Source: Squalus acanthias
Taxonomy: Eukaryota
Assembly: GCA_030390025.1 (NCBI GenBank)
Contig: CM059438.1
Span: forward strand, 66,776,001-66,840,000
Direction of reading: 5' to 3'
Length of the DNA: 64,000 bases
The notes beneath the pieces are model-generated. The model saw nothing but the letters and a program-made list of their open reading frames with translations, was not told the DNA's origin and searched no databases. The translations under genes were made by a program, and so were the position numbers. Shown here piece by piece: positions 12,572 to 26,085 of this stretch. The stretch's first letter is position 1, and each line of letters opens with the position of its first letter.

Positions 12572-12985
12572 GGTAGCATAGTGGTTATGTCACTGGACTA
12601 GTAATCCAGAGGCCTAGACTAATGATCGGGAGATATGAGTTCAAATCCCTACCACTAGCAGCTGGGGAATTTAAATTCAGTTAATAAATAAATCTGGAAT
12701 AAAAAGCTAGTATCAGTAATGGTGACTATGAAATTTGTCGTAAAAACCCATCTGGTTCACTAATGTCCTTTAGGGAAGGAAATCTGCCGTCCTTACCCGG
12801 TCTGGCCGATATGTGACTCCAGACCCATAGCAATGTGGTTAACTCTTAACTGCCCTCTGAAATGGCCTAGCAAGCCAGTTGCATAAGGTGGCTCACCACC
12901 ACCCTCTCTAGGGCAATTAGGACTGGGCAATAAATGCCGGCCTTGCTGGCGACGCCCACGTCCCGTGAACGAATAAATAAAAAAA
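12572..12985 (+). mobile_element. Full-length tRNA-derived SINE (probable Meta-domain type) with LINE family X tail
   Basis: A box TAGCATAGTGG (12574), B box GAGTTCAAATCC (12637), core GGTTCACTAATGTCCTTTAGGGAAGGAAA, last ~90 bp matching 52628-52720, A-rich tail. Confidence 0.85.
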
Positions 12986-13699
12986 TGAATTTACAAAAGA
13001 ATATATTCAGGATTATGAAAATGACCAAAGCAATTGCACTTCCTTCACGATGTAACCTTTGCAAATATATCCACGTGCACTCTTGGTTTGAATATCGCAT
13101 GTGAAATAAAACCTAAGAATCGCATGGAACAGAATAAATGCATTTAGTTTTGGCACAGAAATATTGCCGTAAGTTCTTGATCTTAATAATAGCAGAGGCA
13201 AAGTAAACAATCTTCCCCGAACGGTCATCAATCATCATCATGAGCAAGGAAGGAAGGAAGAACGTAGTCTGGACTAAAAGTTAAAACAGTTTTAATTGCA
13301 TTTTAGAGAGTGATAAATAGATGAACAGGTCGCTGGAGCTGGAGTGTTTGATTCTTATTTGGGAGTCCCAGTTTCAAATGCTATTCTTCACTGTCATTTG
13401 CGTTCTTTAGCTGTTAACTATACTGATACCGTGCTTGCCGGCACATTTGGCTTTTTCTAACTGGAGAGGCTTTACTTACTCTTCTGAAGCAGCTACGTTG
13501 TGATTCAATTCAAGTTGGTTAAAAACTGAAATCGCCTAAAACATTTACGTTCGATGAAAGAAAATGTTAAGCGGTTTGAGTTTCGACCTGGCCATGAGCT
13601 TGCCGGGTGCTCCGATAGAAGAAATAACCGAGAAGTGAGGCAGCACGAAGAAGTGAAGTGCTGCTGCTTCGGAGGTTGCTTTCCACAGGTGTTACATCA

Positions 13700-15678
13700 T
13701 CAAGTTACACCGTAACAGGCCATTCGGGCCAACTGGTGCTAGTTCTCCACACAAGCCTCCTTCCACCCTTTTCGACGAATCCTATTAACATATCCTTCTA
13801 TTCCTTTCTCCCTCATGTGCTTATTGAGCTTCTCCTTAAATACATCTGTGCTATTTGCCTCAACTACTCCTTGTGATAACGCATTCCACATTCTTACCAC
13901 TCTTTGGGTAAAGAAGTTGTAAGACGTTTCCTGTCGGGACGTCACAGGTTTAAGATTCTGACCCGAGAATTATAATTGAGCAATTGACACAAACACGGAT
14001 GCCAAATTAACTCAACTTTATTGAGACGTCAGAGATCAAAGGTTACAATACAATGTCAAAACTAAACTGGTTGCAATACAATGCCCGTCACCACTATCAT
14101 ATGTTGCGGATAGGATATACATACGATCACCCCATGGATGGTCAGTTCGTGTTGATTGTAGGTTCTTTGGGCCGACCGACCAAGTCACACCCCTCTTCCA
14201 ACTGCAGCCCTATCCTCATAGGCGAGATGACTGGCCAGGCCACCTCTGCCGACTGCAATGAAGTTATCTTTTTGGGCGTTATCTTTAATTCTTCTCGGTA
14301 ACCCACTCTGTGCTGCAAAGGGGCGTTCCCTCCTTTCTCCGGTATCTGGGAGGAGTTGGCATTCTTCCATTGTGTCCTGAGTCCACTGGCTATTGTCAGC
14401 TATTAACATCTTTACCTCCTTATCAGACTCGAGGTCACTTAAACAATGTCTGAGAGGGTGGCAAAGTTTGCAGAGGTGATCAGCAACACAATAGACATTG
14501 TGCAAAGCTCGTTGACTTGTGTTATGTCTTGCAGGCCTCCTTTCAGGATGTCCTAATTGTAGCTTCGTAACACCTCATTGTCTATTTCCTTATCTGTAAA
14601 TAGCTTGTAGCTGCAAAAGTTCGATTGTTGATTACGGAATTTGTCCAGCAACACGGCCTTCAGTCAAGCATAATGACAGCCAATCTTAATCAGCAAAAGA
14701 CTTTTTGCTACAAAGTGTCTCCTGAATTCTTTATTGAATTTATTGGTGTCTTTCTTATATTCATGTTCTCTAGTTTTGGTCTCCCCCACAAGTGGAAACA
14801 TCTTCGCTACATCTACCCAATCAAACCCTTTCATTATCTTAAAGACTTCTATCAGGTCACCCATCAGCCTTCTCTTTACTCGAGAAAAAAGCACCAGCCT
14901 GTTCAGTCTTCCCTGATAGCTGCAACCTCTCAGTTTTGGTATCATCCTTGTGAATATTTTTTGCACCTTCTCCAATGCCTCTATATCCTTTTTATAATAG
15001 GGAGACCAGAACTGTGCACAGCACTCCAAGTGCGGTCCAACTTAGGTTCCATACAAGTTTAACATAACATCCTTACTTTTCAATTCTATCCTCTGGAAAT
15101 CAACCCCACTGCTTGGTTATCTATATTGAAATTCATTTGCTAATTAAACGCCCATTCTGCAAATTTATTAATGTCTTCTTGCATTTTGCCACATTCTTCC
15201 TTTGTATTAACTACACCCCCCAATTTTGGTATCGCCCACAAATTTAGAAATTGTACTTTCAATTCGCGAGTCCAAATCGTTAATGTAAATTGTGTACAAC
15301 ACTGGTCCCAACACCGAGCCCTGTGGAACACCCTTCCCACCTTTTGCCAGTCTGAGTTAACCCCAACTCTGTTTTCTGTTTTGCAGCCAGCTTGCTATCC
15401 ATTCTGGTACCTGTTCCTTGACTCCACATGCTCTGACTTTAGTCTTGAGTTTACTGTACGGTACCTTATCGAAGGCCTTTTGAAAATCCAAATATATTAC
15501 ATCTACTATGTTACCCTTGTCTACTCTATCTGGTACTTCTTCGAAGAATTCAATAAGGGTGTTCAAGCATAACTTGCCCTTTTGAAATCCGTGCAGACTA
15601 CTCTTCATTACATTCTCAGTTTCTAGATGTTTTTCTATTACATCTTTGAGTAAAGATTCCATTGTCTTTCCTACCACA
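13700..15678 (-). mobile_element. CR1 LINE fragment interrupted by a solo LTR
   Basis: ORFs 15357..15677(-) YLDFQKAFDKVP, 14664..15029(-) QFWSPYYKKDIEALEKVQ and 13739..13945(-) FFTQRVVRMWN. Confidence 0.9.
13918..14712 (-). mobile_element. Solo LTR (795 bp)
   Basis: TGTA...TACA ends and a 4-bp TSD AAGT (13914-13917, 14713-14716). CR1 sequence is continuous across it. Minus-strand AATAAA near 14020. Confidence 0.85.
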
Positions 15679-16229
15679 CTGCTGCACTTGAGGGCAATCG
15701 AAACGAGTATGTAGTTGAGGTGTATATATTTTCTGGTTGCTTGTGAGCTGTGGGGTCATCTTGCCCATTTGAGCCAGTGAAGCAGTTTTGTGCTCACTGG
15801 TTTATGTGCACATTCCCCAGCCATTATGAATGGTGTGGTAGCCAACTGCATAAATACCTTACGGTACAGTGCATGCACGTCTTGCAGTTCCTGGATCCTG
15901 GGTATATATAAACAGGAAGCAGCACCCATGTCAGGTACCTCCCTTTGTGAGCCACTCTATGGCTGCGATTTTGCCATTGGAGGTGGGATCGCGGCAGGAG
16001 AGGTCATTGGCGGGACCCGCTCCCGGCTCCAGCTGCTCTGTGAAAAGGATTTTCCCCTGATTGGAATGTTAAGTATACTCTGCAACGTTCCTGGCCAATT
16101 AAAAGGAAGCGGGTCTGATGACATCATTTGATGACGAGTCATCAGCCGGTTTCCTTAAAGGGACCGTGGCCACATTCATTTTGACAGTTGTTCTGCAGCA
16201 TTGAGGTGCTGCAAACACTGACAGGCACT

Positions 16230-16410
16230 GCACAAAGGTGCAGGGCTGCACCCAGGCTCCCGCATGATTCCCTCCATATGCTTCTAAGGGCGGAAGAGAC
16301 CTCCCCAGGAGATCAACAAAGCCTGGTTGCACATTGCACAGGAGGGCACAAGCAGGGATATCGTCAGGTGGACCAGGCTGCAGTGGCGCAAATCTTTCAA
16401 TGATCTCAGT
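16230..16410 (+). pseudogene. Harbinger Myb/SANT-like protein remnant (frameshifted)
   Basis: RCRAAPRLPHDSLHMLL and HIAQEGTSRDIVRWTRLQWRKSFNDL, compared with the family pattern W..IA..V...RT..QCRKRFNDL. Confidence 0.7.
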
Positions 16411-17299
16411 GGATCACGAAACGTTACTGCCAAGCCACACTCAACCTCATCCTGCTGTGCCACTCATCACATCCCCATCACTCTGCCTTCCCTACCCTAC
16501 TCCTGCACATCTTTACTCACACCAACTTACCTTACACCTCCACCCATCCCTCTCTATCTACATTATCACATCCCCATCTCAGTAGCCACTCCTCACACAA
16601 TGTTCATGTGAAGTTTCTGTTAATGTGTTGTCAAACATTGAAATCTATAGTTTCAACACTTTACCTATTGGACAGATCTGTGCTCACCTTTGGAAGTGTC
16701 TTAGTGAGTTCCAGTGAATGTTGAGATATAACTCCCCCCCACCCCCCAATTGTGATGAGTGTGAAAGGAATGGCTTAGACATTGTAGGGATGCTTTATGG
16801 TGCTGGTATGGGGTGGTGTCAACCTGGCGCATCATGTGGCAGCCAGGGTGTACAGCTTCAAGTGAAGTAAATCTGGCCATGGTGAAGCCATCACTGGCCT
16901 CCCGGGCAGCAATGTTGTCGGGTGCTAATGCCCTGTGTCCTGTGCAGCATCAGGTGTTTGCAGAGAAGGTTGGGACTGCTGTTGGTGATTTTGGTGTGCC
17001 TGGTGATGTTGGTGTTGGGGCTGATCGTGGAGGGAATCAGAGGACCACGGTGAGATTTTTCAAGGGCACCGATGTTGCTGGAATAGATGGCAGCTGAAGT
17101 TGAGATGATGAAGCGATCTGTCAATGGAGATAGTGGATAGAGAGTTTACTCCAAACACTTCAAAACTGCATACAGCTCAAAAGTGTCATCCAAGTCCTGA
17201 AGGCTCAAGCTTCTGACATTGGAAAGTGACCAGCTGTGAAATGGTAGCTTTCATACCACTTTTGCAGCTGTCACCTATTCACAGCAATGGGGAGACATA

Positions 17300-18144
17300 G
17301 GGCTGGATTTTGTCAGCCCCGAGGAGGTGGGTATGGAGGCGGGACTGCCGGTAAAGTTGCAGAAAGTGGGGGCGGTTTGCAAACCCACCCCCATCCCGCC
17401 TCCGTGCCCTTTTGCCAGGAGGCGTGAAGATGTCCTGCTTCGGGTCCCATCTCCTCAAGGCGGGAAAGGGATTAACTCCTGTTAACTGCCTGTTAAATGG
17501 TAGTTAACAGGCAGAAAAAAGGATTAGTCCCATTTCACCTTTTCAGGTGAAGGCTTTCCGACCTCGGAGAACCCCGCTGAGGTGGAGGAGTCGAGTAGGA
17601 GGTCTGCGGGGGTCGGAGGGGCCTGAAAGTGATATGTAGAGGTGAGTGATGGGTGCAAGTGTGGAGTGGTAAGTATGTGAGGTGAGTGTTAAGTGTTAGA
17701 AAATGTTCACTTACCTTTGTTTCTGCCTACAGCCTTCAGCTGCGGTGGTTCCGGAGTCCCGACATCTTCATTGTAGATTTCACAGGCTGGCTTTTGGATC
17801 CTCCAAACCAACAGTCATCTGCTTTCTACAAAGTTGAAAGGTTTGATGAGTCCTGAACACAAGGGCTCATCAAACTACAGAGAATGTCAGTGTTTGACAG
17901 CTTCACAGAGCTGTCAAACGCTGACATTTCTTCTTTCAAGAAGTCTTGACATATGGCACTTCAGACGTTGATGTGCTCTGTCAGTGACTTCCCCCTAATT
18001 GGCCTGCTGAGCCCGCAGGGCGGGCTTAACAAGGTAAATCAGGGGAAAATCCCTCTGGTTGGTCAGAACATGATGGAGGCGGGACTGAGACCCGACAAGC
18101 AGTAGTTCCGCCTCTAGCACGTCTCCATTCACAAAATCCAGCCC
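17300..18144 (+). mobile_element. Harbinger-type MITE, family B
   Basis: Perfect TIR GGGCTGGATTTTGT / ACAAAATCCAGCCC and TSD ATA. Homologous to 34507-35351 and 55203-56048. Confidence 0.9.
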
Positions 18145-18454
18145 ATAGAGTACCCAACCTAGTAACCTGCCATGATCTCCGAATGACGTGAAGCCCGTTA
18201 AAAAAGTGAGAAAATTGAAATAGGCTGGCAAAATAGTAGTTAAAAAACATTTAACAAGCATTTAACTATCTTAAATGCCTCCCCCGCCGCTTGGTGTTGG
18301 GTCTGTTCTGAAATCGCAGACCCGACATTTTGGAAACTTACATGGAGGTGGGTTCAGTGCGGGTTCCCACCCCGCTGTCAATCATTTCGATTTTGACAGC
18401 GGACCCGCCTCCGAACCCGCCCTCTGAGCGTTGGAAAAATTCAGCCCTCTGTGT

Positions 18455-18690
18455 CAGCTTGGCTCAGTTGGTTGTACTCTTGCCTCTGAGTTGGAAAATT
18501 GTGGGTTGATTGTGGGTTGAAGTTTCAGTTCTGGACTTGAGCACAAAATCTAATTCGTGTAGTATTGAATGGGTGCTGCATTGACGGAGGTGCCCTTCTT
18601 CAAAAGAGGTGTGGGTCTGAGATCAAGTCTAGTTGTTCAGGTTTAAGATCCCGTGGTACTATTTGAAGAACAGAAGGGAGTTCTCCCTCA
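18455..18690 (+). mobile_element. Deu-domain SINE, 5' part
   Basis: TGGCTCAGTTGG head, GACTTGAGCACAAAATC, GATCCCGTGGTACTATTTGAAGAA. Confidence 0.75.
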
Positions 18691-19139
18691 AACAAAACCA
18701 AAAATAGACTAACTGGCTGTGTTTGTTTGTTTTGTGCCCTTTTTACGTTCACATTCGTAATGTTTTTAACTTGAAGGTATTAGCTTTTTAAACGAGTGGA
18801 ATCGATAACCTTGGAAATGCAGGTTCTGTATATTTGAGAGGCTGAACTCTACTCTTTAACCTTGATTTTTCCCAACATAAAATTGGAGCAAAAAGGAAGA
18901 TGTTCACACTCAGTATGTAAGTACAGTGCTCCAATTCTCACTTTCCACTGCTAAATTCTTTGAATTAATCATATTAGGAAGGTGATTTGATGTTTGCAGA
19001 TTAGGAGATTCAGCTCTGTCCTTTACTGCAAATCCAGGTGTTTTCAGGAATACTAAAAAGCCATTTTGATAGTTTGAAACCATTAACAAATCAAGTATTC
19101 CTTACATTGTTTTCTTCTTTAAGAAGGGTTGAAGTCAAC

Positions 19140-19850
19140 TGCTTATAGAGCCATCATCCAACTCCACCACCCTCTCTGGCTGCCATCTCAGGATGAACCT
19201 GGTGGTGAGCAGCCTCGCCCTTCTGTTTGACCCTGCGCTGACCTTTCAGCCTCACATCCAGCCAATTAGCTACGACCGCCTTCTTCCATCTTCTCGAACT
19301 TTGTCGCTTATACCCCTACTTCAACACAGTGCTTCTCAAACCCTTATGCACACTATCGTCATCCTAAGGATTGGTTTCTCAGATTTTCTCACCATCAGCA
19401 TCCCTTCACACATTTTACCTAATCCAGAAATCTATGGCTTGAGCCCTCTCCCGCACAACCATCACCCCAGCTTCAGCAAGTCCCACTGGCTCCCTGTGTC
19501 TTAGCAAACTGGTTTCAACACCCTTGTTCTTATTTTCAATTGCTGCCAGCCTTCACTCCACCCTCTGTCAGAAATCTTCTCCAATCATGCATCTCAGCTC
19601 ACACCCCTTGTTCCTCAGACTATGAATGACTAATTCCTCTTCCATTCGAGGCCAATCTTTCAGTCATTGCACTCCTGCCCTCTGAAATTCTCTTCCAGAA
19701 CCACGCTGCCTTGCTGATTCTCCCCATCTCCTAAAGCATCCAAAAAAAAACACATCTTTTTGATTGTGCTTTCAGCTTCTTTCTCTTTCTGTTCAATATT
19801 CACCTCTCCCACTTGTTAAGCACTCTGCACTCCCCATGTGAAGCAGTTCA
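19140..19850 (+). mobile_element. Old L2 LINE 3' fragment
   Basis: LLFDPALTFQPHI and HWLPV motifs in ORF 19193..19504. Confidence 0.65.
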
Positions 19851-20357
19851 ATCTGAATTGTTACTCTGAAGCAATATTTGATGGAGCACGGCAGTTGCCC
19901 ATATGTGTATTAAAAATTGGTTCTCGCCCCCAAAATTGCATAACAAATTGGATTGTGCTGCTGAAAAATGTTAATGTTTCCTTTTTCCTGTGATTCGCTC
20001 AGATAAAAATAAAGCCTTAATAGGGCCGCGTTTCAGGATATCCCTGTGGGTTGCTGTTTCTTCTTCCTGCCTCTCTTTCCTTCAAGGGGTCAGTGAAAGC
20101 AGCAGCTCAGCAATCCCTCGGATAATACCATAAATCCCAGCTGTTTTGGCCTACCACACACAGAGAAGGTGGATTGGCCTTGATGCCTAATCAATCTTGG
20201 AGACGGCACTACCGTCAGACGTGACTGCTGAATCTACCTCACTGTACTTTGATTTTAAAATACAATGAAAGGTGGTCAATTATTCTAGTGTGGCTGCAAT
20301 CCAGATAATTAATAAGAGATTCAGTCGGAACTTCAGAATCGCCTAAGGTTCTAACTA

Positions 20358-20692
20358 ACAGGGAAAGGCTGAACAGGCTGGGGTTCTTTTCTCTAGAAAA
20401 GAGAAGGCTGAGGGGTGACCTGATAGAGGTCTTTAAAATTATGGAGTGGTTTGATAGGGTGGACATAAAGAGGATGTTTCAACTTGTGGGGGAGTCCAAA
20501 ACTAGGGGCCATAAATATAAGATAGTCACCAATAAAGAATTCAGGAGAAACCTCTTTACGCGAGTGGTTAGAATGTGGAACTCGATACCACGTGGAGTAG
20601 TTGAGGCAAATAGCATAGATGCATCTAAATGGAAACTAAATAAACACATGAGGGAGAAAGGAATAGAAGAATATGTTGATGGGGTTAAATTA
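20358..20692 (+). mobile_element. CR1 LINE fragment
   Basis: RLNRLGFFSLEKRRLRGDLIEVFKIM...GESKTRGHKYKI. Confidence 0.9.
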
Positions 20693-20794
20693 AAAAAGCG
20701 TTTTTAAGAGCATACCTTCAAAAGCAATGCTTAAACCTGCTTAACAAATGTATTAATGCTCCCGACAAAACATTTGAACCCCATTGTGCCTTGA

Positions 20795-21262
20795 AAGAAA
20801 AGAAAAAAGAAAGACTTGCACTTATATAGCATCTTTCACGACCACCGGACGTCCCAAAGCGCTTTACAGCCAATGAAGTAATTTTTTGAAGTGAAGTCAC
20901 TGTTGTAATGTAGGAACTGCGGCAGCCAATTTGCGCACAGCAAGCTCCCACAAACAGCAATGACCAGATAAGCTGTTTTTTTTAGTGCTGTTGATTGAGG
21001 GATAAATATTGGCCAGGACACCAGGGATAACTCCCCTGCTCTTCTTTGAAACAGTGCCGTGGGACCTCTTACGTCTACCTGAGAGGGTAGACGGGGCCTT
21101 GGTTTACCATCTCATCCAAAAGACAGCACCTCCAACAGTGCAGCACTCCCTCAGTATTGCACTGAAGTGTCAGGCTAGATTTTGTGCTCAAGTTTCTGGA
21201 GTGGGACTTGAACCTTCTGACACAGAGGCGAGTGTGCTACCCACTGAGCCACAGCTGGCACT
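20795..21262 (-). mobile_element. Near full-length Deu-domain SINE, with an extra tail copy at 21266-21360
   Basis: Reverse complement of the 11530 copy plus a tRNA-like head (TGGCTCAGTGGGTAGCAC). Confidence 0.9.
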
Positions 21263-21911
21263 GCAAAACAAAAGACTTGCATTTATATAGCGCCTTTCAT
21301 GACCTCAGGATGTCCCAAAGCACTTTACAGTGAATTAAGTAGTCACTGTTGTAATGTAGGAGTACTAATAGTGACTGTTACCATGGCTACGACCAAGCTT
21401 TAATGAACGTATGTTAGCTATTCTATATGTGCAGCTCAAGAAGCAAAACAACCAACATAAGGTCCAAGTTTGTGCCCTTCAGGCCATCTCACTGACACAT
21501 GCACGCAATGGTCTGTTCCTATCGCCCAAAACCTAAAATAACACAAAAAATGTGTTATGAACAACAAAGGAACTTAATGTAAAACCATGAAAAAGCAAGT
21601 CCTATTGTAAAGATCCTGGAGCCAGCCAGGTCAAATCAGCCAGAAGAGCTGGGGGTAATTTTGAGGGAGGAAATTCAGGGCTGTATGCTCACTAAAGTAT
21701 TTCAGACTACATTGTAAAGTTACATATGTATTCAGCAGAGGGGGTCTCATTCTGAAGGAAAGACCCCTGGCTGAAATGTAAAGGGTTAAGAAGTCATATA
21801 ACCTGGCTGCTGAAGGAATACGCACAGAAGAAATGATCTGATAGCGATAGACACTGGATTAGTACTTGCTGCTTATGCTCCCAGTGTTTGCTTGCTTGCT
21901 GCTGCAGCTTC

Positions 21912-22800
21912 AGTAGTGCAGCGGTTACAAGACTGGATCTCCAACCCAGATGGTTGTGAGTTACACAGTCCCACCAAAGTCAGGTGTCAAAGCAGCTCAG
22001 TAAATCTCATAAATTCATGCTGGCACCAGAAAAAGACTATTGTCTTGGAAAAAACCCAACTGATTCACTGAGGTCCTTCAGGGAGGGGAAATTACCCTAG
22101 ATACAGAAAATAATCAAAAAGGCTAATGGCATGCTAGCCTTTATATCTAGAGGACTAGAATACAAGGGGTTAGAAGTCGTGCTGCAGCTATACAAAGCCC
22201 TGATTAGACCACATCTGGAGTACTGTGAGCAGTTCTGGGCACCTCACCTTAGGAAGGATATATTTGCCTTGGAGGGAGTGCAGAATGATACCTGGACTCC
22301 AAGGGTTAAATCAGATTACACAAGCTAGGGTTGTATTCCCTGGAATTTAGAAAGTTAAAGGGTGATTTATCATAGTTTTCAAGATATTAAGGGGAACTGA
22401 TAGGGTAGATAGAGAGAAGCTATTTCCGCTGGTTGAGGATTCTAGGACTAGGGGGCAGAGTCTAAAAATTAGAGCCAGACCTTTCAGGAGTGAAATTAGG
22501 AAACACTTCTGCACGCAAAGGGTGGAGAAGTTTGGAACTCTTTCCCACAAATGGCAGTTGATGCTAGGTCAATTCTTAATTTTAAATCTGAGATTGATAG
22601 ATTTTTGTTAACCAAAGGTATTAAGGGATATGGGCCAAAGGCGGGTATATGGAGTTAGGTCGCAGATCAGTCATGACCTCATTGAATGGCGGAACAGGCT
22701 CAAGGGGCTGAATGGCCTATTCCTGTTCCTATGTTCCCTACCTAATGGGCCTACAAGTGACTTTAGCACATACTGCATGTTGACTCTTAATGCCCTCTGA
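21912..22800 (+). mobile_element. Degenerate tRNA-SINE (12572 type) split by a CR1 insertion
   Basis: AAAACCCAACTGATTCACTGAGGTCCTTCAGGGAGGGGAAA lies before the CR1 and GTTGACTCTTAATGCCCTCTGA after it. CCCTA occurs at both junctions. Confidence 0.65.
22100..22736 (+). mobile_element. CR1 LINE 3' fragment
   Basis: MLAFISRGLEYK...RPHLEYCEQFWAP and a TTCCTATG tail. Confidence 0.9.
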
Positions 22801-24064
22801 CTGACGCTCACCACTAGTTGGTCAAGTCCATTTGTCCTATGCGTTGATTCAGTTCCAACAGGATTGCTCTAGTTTATACATAAAACAATGGATGGCCAGT
22901 TGTATTGCAGATTTGTACTGAAGTCCTGAGCTGGTTTCAGGTAAGGAACTACAAGAGTAAAATATTCTTGAAGGGTCAGATGGACTCAAAATCAACATGA
23001 GACCTCATAGTGTCTGTATCTCATCCGCAGACCATCTGTGACTTTAAATATTATAAACAGGACACGTTTTCCTTATTTTCAGTCACATAAATGGACAGAT
23101 TGGCCACTGGGTTGGAATCCTTTACAACTGAGGGGATTATTTGGCAATCCAGAGCAATGACCATCTGACACTGGGCAGTCTGAAATTACAGTAAAATAAT
23201 TTGCCTACAATCTTCGGGAAAAATGGAAGAATGCCCTCAACTGTTTTTTTCACTCTCTTTGAATTTGCTGAGCATTACGCTTGGAAATTCTATACTGTCA
23301 GACTGCAGAGCACTGCCGTGGTAAGCGTTCAGCTAACAGCTGAACCAACCTGCCTTCTCTTTAATTGCAGCTGTAACGCTGATTATCTATCTTCTATTCG
23401 ACAAAATCGCATCTGCTTTGCAATGAGCTAACAAGCAGTTAAAAGCCACAGACCGTGCAGATGATTTGAAGAAAATCTCAGTTGGGAATACAGGTTTGTG
23501 GCCGTGCCTTGTGATGGATTAAGCCGCGCAGATGCAAACTAGACGTTGTTTGAAGCTGTTTCAGCTTTGTTTCGAGATGTATTCGGTGGCACAGGGAATC
23601 GAGATAGCAGTTCTGGCTGCTGCGTAAACACTTGCACTGAGTCTCGACCAAACTTTTCTGGTCCAGTTTACCGCCGTGATTAATTCTGCTTGCTTAATTG
23701 CTGTCAAGCTCACAATCTTGTGCACTTAATTATGCTGTCATTGTTGAAACTCCTGTTCAACTGTCAGTTAAATGATTAGGTTTAACCAGATTCACTTGCA
23801 GCCCCTTCCATTGATTTCTGCTGCTCCACTTATTGACATCCTTTCCTCGCTGCATTGCTGTGGGCTTGGCAGTTGTTTCTTCAGTAGGGTACTGAATGCA
23901 ATGCTGTAATAACGGATCCAGTCAGAATGGAAGTAAGCTTGGGTTGGCATTACACAAGAACAGGAAATGGAAGCATTTACACACTGACTCAGGCACATCG
24001 ATAGCATGTCACCCTAAACAACGTTTTTAACTGCATGATTTAAAGAGGAGGGTCTTGCCCTTCA

Positions 24065-24292
24065 TGTATTTGGAATTCTCTCCCCCAGAGAGCTGTGGAG
24101 GCTGGGTCATTGAATATATTTAAGGTGGAGGTAGACAGATTTTTTGATCGATAAGGGAGTCAAGGGTTATCGGGAGCGGGCAGGGAAGTGGAGTTGAGGC
24201 CAAGATCAGATCAGCCATGATCTTATTGAATGGCGGAGCAGGCTCGAGGGGCCAAGTGACCTACTTCTGCTCCTACGTCTTATGTTCTTATC
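24065..24292 (+). mobile_element. CR1 3' end (same family as 6738-8585)
   Basis: Matches 8350-8570; TCTTATGTTCTTAT tail. Confidence 0.9.
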
Positions 24293-25127
24293 TGTGTGTT
24301 AAAAATGAAATGATTAACAAGAATTAATATTGGACAATCTAGTCCATCTCTTACACAATCCCATCCCCATTGATATTGCCAGTTGTGTTGTGTTGACACT
24401 GCCAAAGTAATTTCTCTAAGAAACCACACACCTTTGCCTTTCCAATAATTAGGTTGATAAAGGCACAACATGGTGTAGCACTAAGCCATATGAACCGTAA
24501 GGTCAAAGAACCATAAGGTGAAAGACTCAATTACCAATTGAAGGATGAACTACATGGGCCAAATTGCTTCCCTTGTCTACACTTATCTATACAATCTGAT
24601 CCTTGTGATCAGAGTTCACTGGTAGCATCTGGGTCAACAACTGGGGCACTACATCATCATCCCTGAGCTAAGGAGCAACAGACCAGGTCGGGTTTCCACT
24701 CCTGACAGCTATTTACTGAACATATGATTTAAGTGGACGTTTGATAAGAATAGGATTGACCTGTGATGCTTTCCATTGTTAAGTAACTTGCTGACACTCA
24801 CTGCCTGGGCACACGCATGAAGAATGACCATTTGGAGGGTTGCCAGTATTTGTGAGAACATGTCCCAGCAAGAACTGGGGGTGGGGAGATTTGTGTTCCT
24901 GACGTGAAAAATAATAAAGATTTTTTTTCTAAAGCAAAGAGAGTTGAATAATTTCAACTGGATTTAAACTCTGAGATGAAAGGATAGTGTTCGGACCCAC
25001 CCTGAAAATGACCTGAATTTAATTTCTTGTATTCGTCATTACTATTTTTAAGGTACCAGACACCAAGTAATTGTGCCTGTCGAGTATATCGTTGGAGTTG
25101 CGTTATTTCATATTATGAAAGTAATTT

Positions 25128-26085
25128 TTTTAATTCGTTTATGGGATGTGGGCGTCGCTGGCAAGGCCAGCATTTATTGCCCATCCCTAATTGCCCTTGC
25201 AAAGGTGGTGGTGAGCTGCCTTCTTGAACCGCTGCAGTCCGTGTGGTGAAGGTACTCCCACAGTGCTGTTAGGGAGGGAGTTCCAGGATTTTGACCCAGC
25301 GACGATGAAGGATCGACGATATACTTCTAAGTCAGGATGGTGTGTGACTTGGAGGGGAACTTGGAGGTGGTGGTGTTCCCATAAGCCTGCTGCCCTTGTC
25401 CTTTTAGGTGGAAGAGGTTACGGGTTTGGGAGGTGCTGCCGAAGAAGCCTTGGTGAGTTGCTGCAGTGCATCTTGTAGATGGTACACACTGCAGCCATGG
25501 TACGCTGGTGGTGGAGGGAGTGAATGTTTAAGGTGGTAGATGGGGTGCCAATCAAGCGGGCTGCTTTGTCCTGGATGGTGTCGAGCTTCTTGAGTGTTGT
25601 TGGAGCTGCACTCATCCAGGCAAGTGGAGAGTATTCCATCACACTCCTGACTTGTGCTTTGTAGATGGTAGAAAGGCTTTGGGGAGTCAGGAGGTAAGAC
25701 ACTCGCCGCAGAATACCTAGCCTCTGACCTGCTCTTGTTGCCACAGTATTTATGTGGCTGGTCCAGTTAAGTTTCTGGTAAATGGTAACCCCAGGATGTT
25801 GATGGTGGGGGATTCGGCGATGGTAATGCCGTTGAATGTCAAGGGGAGGTGGTTAGACTCTCGCTTATTGTAGATAGTCATTGCCTGGCACTTCTGTGGC
25901 GCAAATGTTACCCGCCACTTATCAGCCCAAGCCTGAACGTCATCCAGGTCTTGTTGCATGGGGGCATGGACTGCTTCATTATCTGAGGAGTTGTAAATGG
26001 TACAGAACACTGTGCAGTCATTAGCGAACATCCCCATGTTGGAAGGAAGGTCATTAATGAAGCAGCTGAAGATGGTTGGGCCATC
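25128..26085 (-). mobile_element. LINE family X (CR1/L2-group) 3' fragment with RT C-terminus
   Basis: IFSCFINDLP...MFANDCT and TIYKAQVRSVMEYSPLAW in ORFs 25750..26130(-) and 25418..25744(-). Confidence 0.9.

Larger units (their letters stand above)
15960..18447 (+). mobile_element. Decayed Harbinger element with Myb/SANT remnant, hosting a nested MITE
   Basis: Left end GGCTGCGATTTT (approximate), right end AAAATTCAGCCC, and Myb-like peptide pieces at 16230-16410. Confidence 0.65.

Noticed and set aside
12572..12650. tRNA gene (also at 30741 and 63500)
   Set aside because: The A/B boxes belong to SINE heads that continue into SINE bodies, and there is no clean cloverleaf.
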